The position numbers and the translations under genes are program-made. 52,899 bases of DNA, from NCBI GenBank assembly GCA_046726415.1, contig JBKPAK010000245.1, positions 1-52,899 of the forward strand, written 5' to 3'. The notes beneath the pieces were generated by a model. The model was not told where the DNA came from. It ran no database searches and saw only the letters and a program-made list of their open reading frames with translations. Shown here piece by piece: positions 49,097-52,899 of this stretch (the first letter of the stretch is position 1; each line of letters opens with the position of its first letter). The DNA comes from Candidatus Methylomirabilota bacterium (lineage in GTDB: Bacteria > Methylomirabilota > Methylomirabilia > Rokubacteriales > CSP1-6).

Positions 49097-49135
49097 CGAT
49101 CGTCACCCCTTCCGCGCGCGCGGCGCAACCCCATG

Positions 49136-50737
49136 CTACACGGCCGACGTCGCGTATTTCCGGCGCAGCCGGTTCCGGAGCGTGATGGCGAACAGGTTCA
49201 TGAGAACGACGATGACCAGCAGCAGCAGCGTGGTGGCGAACACCATCGGCCGTGCGGCGTCCACGTTGGGCGACTGGAAGCCCACGTCGTAGATATGAAA
49301 GCCAAGGTGCATGAACTTGCGATCGAGGTGCAGGAACGGCCAGAAGCCGTCGACGGGAAGCGCCGGGGCCAGCTTGACCACGCCCGTGATCATGAGCGGC
49401 GCGACCTCTCCCGCCGCCCGCGCCATCGCCAGGATGAGGCCGGTGAGGATCGATGGCATGACCGCCGGCACCACCACGCGCAAGGTCGTCTCCAGCTTGG
49501 TGGCCCCGAGCGCGAGCGACGCCTCGCGCATCCCTCGAGGGATGGCCGCCAGTCCCTCTTCGGTGGCCACGATGACCACCGGAATGGTCAGGACGGCCAG
49601 GGTCAGCGAAGCCCAGAGAATGCCACCGGTCCCGAAGGTGGGCGTGGGCAGCGCCTCGGGAAAGAAGAGACGATCGATAGTACCGCCCACGAAGTAGATG
49701 AAGAACCCGACTCCGAACACGCCGAAGACGATTGACGGCACGCCCGCCAGATTGTTGACGGCAATCCGGACTGTGCTCACGAAGGTCCCCTGCTTGGCGT
49801 ATTCGCGCAAGTAGAAGGCGGCCAGCACGCCCAGGGGCGTCACGATGATGCTCATGATGAAGACCATCATGACCGTGCCAAAGATGGCCGGGAAGACGCC
49901 CCCCTCCGTGTTCGACTCGCGGGGGTCGTCGGAGACGAACTGCCACAGACCGGCGAGGTAGTGGCCGCTCTTGGCGAGGAGGCCCATTCGGTTGGGAAAG
50001 TAGACGTCCACGATCTGGGCGAAGGGAAGCTCCTTCTCCTTGCCGTCATCCGCCGTCACCACCAAGCTGAGCGTCTGCCGCTTCTTCAGTTCGGCCAGGC
50101 GCGCTTCTTCCTGCTTGTAGCGCTCCTGGGTTCGCGACATCTCCGCGCGGAGGGTTTCGACCCGCTGACCGCTCGCCGCCCTCCTCAGCTCGAGCTTCCG
50201 CAAAGCGAGCCGGATCTGATCCTGCTCGTGATTGATGGCCCCGATCTCGCTCTTCTCGATGCGGCTGATTTGTCGCCGGAGCCGCTCTGCCTCCGGCAGG
50301 CGCTTTTCCAGAGCGGCGATGGAAGGCGCGAGCCCGGTCGCCAGGACCTGGCCTCCGTCCTTGACGGCCGCGATGGTCCCGATCAGCGTGCCCCACTCCG
50401 TCCGATCGATGACCGCGATGTCGGGCGGGTACGCTCGCTTCACGATATCCGCCTCGACCAGCCAGATAAAGTCAAACCCGTAGAGGTCGCGGTTGCCCAC
50501 CTTGATCTTGATGGTGTACTGGCCGGGCTTCCCGTGGATAAGCGCGCGGTCCACGATGGGGCCAGTCAGGATCTTCCCGTCCTTCAGCGTCACCTGCACC
50601 ACGCGGGCCGGCCAGAAGAACCCGAGACCGTTGTAGAGAATGAGGGCGATCAGTCCCCCCACCATGACCAGGGAGAGGGCCAGCGCTCCTCCCGTCAGCC
50701 AGATGAATGGCTCGCCGCTCGCCCAGAGTTTCTTCAT
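49136..50737 (-). CDS. pstA: Phosphate ABC permease PstA with a large periplasmic/coiled-coil insertion
   Basis: PRESNTEGGVFPAIFGT, NLAGVPSIVFG and ARAAGEVAPL. ATG 50737 overlaps the pstC TGA. Confidence 0.93.
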   Translation of the reverse strand: MKKLWASGEPFIWLTGGALALSLVMVGGLIALILYNGLGFFWPARVVQVTLKDGKILTGPIVDRALIHGKPGQYTIKIKVGNRDLYGFDFIWLVEADIVKRAYPPDIAVIDRTEWGTLIGTIAAVKDGGQVLATGLAPSIAALEKRLPEAERLRRQISRIEKSEIGAINHEQDQIRLALRKLELRRAASGQRVETLRAEMSRTQERYKQEEARLAELKKRQTLSLVVTADDGKEKELPFAQIVDVYFPNRMGLLAKSGHYLAGLWQFVSDDPRESNTEGGVFPAIFGTVMMVFIMSIIVTPLGVLAAFYLREYAKQGTFVSTVRIAVNNLAGVPSIVFGVFGVGFFIYFVGGTIDRLFFPEALPTPTFGTGGILWASLTLAVLTIPVVIVATEEGLAAIPRGMREASLALGATKLETTLRVVVPAVMPSILTGLILAMARAAGEVAPLMITGVVKLAPALPVDGFWPFLHLDRKFMHLGFHIYDVGFQSPNVDAARPMVFATTLLLLVIVVLMNLFAITLRNRLRRKYATSAV

Positions 50738-52899
50738 AGGTAGCGGAACTTCTGGCGCAGGCGGAGTCGCACCACTTCGGCGACCGTATTCAAGGCGAAG
50801 GTCAGGCAAAAGAGCAGGAAGGCGGCCAGGAACAGCACGCGGAAGAGCGTCCCACCTTCGGGGGCCTCCGGCAGCTCGACGGCGATGTTCGCAGACAACG
50901 CCCGGAAGCCATTGAAGATCGACCAGTCCATGACCGGGGTGTTGCCGGTGGCCATCAGCACGATCATCGTTTCGCCCACCGCGCGACCGAACCCGATCAT
51001 GATGGCGGAGAAGATGCCGGGGCTGGCGGAAGGGAGCACAATGCGGATCGCCGTCTGCCAGCGGGTGGCGCCGAGGGCGAGCGATCCGGCTCGCAAGTGC
51101 TGCGGGACGTTGGCCAGCGAGTCCTCCGCGATGGTGAAGATGATCGGGATCACCGCGAAGCCCATGGCCACGCCCACCACCACCGAGTTGCGCTGGTCGT
51201 ACGTCAGCCCGAGCGCCGACAGCAGCCAGCCCCGGTAGTCGCCACCCAGGAGCCGCAACTCCACCAGGCCGCCGAGCGCGAAGGCCACCCACGCCCCCAC
51301 GACCACGACCGGGATGAGCAGCGCGACCTCGGCCCCCGGCCGAATCCGTCCCCGGATCGCATGGGGAACGATGCGCCAGAGCAGGAACGCCGCGAGAATG
51401 CAGACGGTCTCGACGAGCGGCAGGACGGCCAGCCCGGGCACGATGCGCTCGAGCAGCGGAGCCAGCCAGAGTCCGGCCAGGAAGCCCAGTACCACACTCG
51501 GGAGCGCCGCCATGATCTCGACGACCGGCTTGACATACGCCTTGATGCCGGGGTGCATGAATTCGCTCACGTACAGCGCGGCGAGCAGCGCCAGCGGGAT
51601 CGCGAACAGCAGGGCGTAGAACGTCCCCTTGAGAGTTCCGTAAATGAGCGGCGTCAGACTGAACTTGGCCTCGAAGTCGTCCGTCCCGCCGGTCGACTGC
51701 CACACGTAGTCCGGGGCCGAGTACCCCTCGTACCAGACCTTGCCGAACAGCGTCTTCAGGGTGATCTCGGGATGCGGGTTGTCAACGCGCCACTGTCCGA
51801 CGCTTCCGGGCGCGCCTGCCACCAGGACCCCGTCCGCCTTCGGTGCGAAGGCCAGCGACTGCACCGAACCGCCTTCGGCCCGGAGCGACAGGAGGGTCGC
51901 CCCCGACGTGCCGTAGTTCAGGTGTACGCCGCCTCGGGCGTCGCCACTCACGAAGCCTTTGTCGCGCTTCGAGGCGGAGAGCGCCACCACGGGTGCGTCA
52001 TGCTTCGCGAAGTCGTAGATGCGCGTGAGCCGGGGCGCACCGCCTTGCGGCGGAGGGACGATCTGCCACGACGACACGCGGCCGGCTCCGTCGCCCACCA
52101 CGAGGGTGCGGTCACCGATCAGGAACTCCAAGGCTGTGATGGGAGCGCCGCTGCCCGCCGCGATCTCCACGGCGTCGGTCTTCGTGGGCGTCGCCCGGTC
52201 CCGCATGCTGTACCAAACGATGTGGCCGCGGGATGTTCCGAGGAAAAGATCCTCCCCGCGCCCGTCCAGCTTCAGGGCGGTCACGTCGCCGTCCACGTCG
52301 ACAGGGAGAGGCGCCAGCGACTCTTCTCGCGTCCCCCCTCCGATCAGCCCCTTCTTCTCGACCACGGTCTGGACGACCAACTCCCGCGGACCGAGCTGGG
52401 CGACGGTGAGCGGCCCCTCTTTCGGCGCAGCGTACGCCGCCCTCACGATCGCCCGCCTCCCGGACGGATCGACGAGCGAGGGCTGGCCAAATACCGCCTG
52501 TGGGACGACGGTTCGGACGCCGTCCTTGAACTGCACGTCGAACTTCACGTCGAGGGGGATGACGCGACCATCGCTCGTCCCGAGCACGAAGCGGTCCTTG
52601 GCCGCGGCATCGACGGCCACCACACGAGCGCCGTCCAGTCCGGGGATTGGAGTCGCCGGCAAGGCGGCGCCCGTCCGCAGATTCATGAATCGCAACTCGC
52701 CGCCCGTCACCCCGAACGCGATCTCGCGATACTCGTCGACCCCGAGACCGCCGGGAAGGAGTGCGCCCTCGGCCCCGCTTCCGGCCATGCGGTGAGCGGC
52801 CATCCGCTGCGCCACCGGAGCTTTGAACAGCGGGTAGATCTCTACGACGATGACAAACAGGATGGCGAGGATGGCGGCGATGATGACGAGGCCGCCGCC
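50734..52899 (-). CDS. pstC: Phosphate ABC permease PstC with a WD40-like periplasmic domain; 5' end lies beyond the window
   Basis: Frame is open to the window edge (GGLVIIAAILAILFVIV). Motifs KVWYEGY, WQSTGG, MAALPSVVLG and GRAVGETMIV. Confidence 0.93.
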   Translation of the reverse strand, partial: GGGLVIIAAILAILFVIVVEIYPLFKAPVAQRMAAHRMAGSGAEGALLPGGLGVDEYREIAFGVTGGELRFMNLRTGAALPATPIPGLDGARVVAVDAAAKDRFVLGTSDGRVIPLDVKFDVQFKDGVRTVVPQAVFGQPSLVDPSGRRAIVRAAYAAPKEGPLTVAQLGPRELVVQTVVEKKGLIGGGTREESLAPLPVDVDGDVTALKLDGRGEDLFLGTSRGHIVWYSMRDRATPTKTDAVEIAAGSGAPITALEFLIGDRTLVVGDGAGRVSSWQIVPPPQGGAPRLTRIYDFAKHDAPVVALSASKRDKGFVSGDARGGVHLNYGTSGATLLSLRAEGGSVQSLAFAPKADGVLVAGAPGSVGQWRVDNPHPEITLKTLFGKVWYEGYSAPDYVWQSTGGTDDFEAKFSLTPLIYGTLKGTFYALLFAIPLALLAALYVSEFMHPGIKAYVKPVVEIMAALPSVVLGFLAGLWLAPLLERIVPGLAVLPLVETVCILAAFLLWRIVPHAIRGRIRPGAEVALLIPVVVVGAWVAFALGGLVELRLLGGDYRGWLLSALGLTYDQRNSVVVGVAMGFAVIPIIFTIAEDSLANVPQHLRAGSLALGATRWQTAIRIVLPSASPGIFSAIMIGFGRAVGETMIVLMATGNTPVMDWSIFNGFRALSANIAVELPEAPEGGTLFRVLFLAAFLLFCLTFALNTVAEVVRLRLRQKFRYL

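Noticed and set aside
3090..51703. Long N-terminal extensions in the ORF track (glgX 5549, treT 11546, livM 24295, DegT 34837, dppA 38608, arsC 48092, pstA 51703)
   Set aside because: The extensions overlap neighbouring genes; true starts were reassigned using family N-termini, RBS and stop/start overlaps

Overview
High-GC bacterial chromosomal segment, densely coding. No rRNA, tRNA, CRISPR array, transposase or integrase is recognisable. From left to right: (1) a putative sigma54-driven receiver, CmpX-like membrane protein and HAMP histidine kinase, with a ~95-bp degenerate repeat; (2) a trehalose/alpha-glucan operon (treY, DUF5752, treT-like, glucosylglycerate-synthase-like GT, treS, treZ, glgX) whose two glycosyltransferases have lost canonical motifs; (3) flavin reductase, Mg-chelatase/MoxR-like AAA+ ATPase, molybdopterin oxidoreductase, a secreted hypothetical protein, a near-perfect 32-bp tandem array, a stand-alone Lrp/AsnC ligand-binding domain and a D-2-hydroxyacid dehydrogenase; (4) a LIV-type ABC transporter with a Tat-exported binding protein, an embedded 765-aa periplasmic protein and a divergent Cys-motif membrane protein; (5) cysteine-free Mrp, LonN, PDZ, carbamoyltransferase and galE, divergent from flavin reductase, DegT and MsbA; (6) a dipeptide-type ABC unit with an in-frame TAG in dppB, a Zn-ribbon microprotein, a LOG protein and a frameshifted EamA; (7) a phosphate locus with Pho-box-like repeats and pstS, converging on pstC-pstA-pstB-phoU-arsC-aquaporin. 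All calls come from motif recognition by eye; no database search was run.
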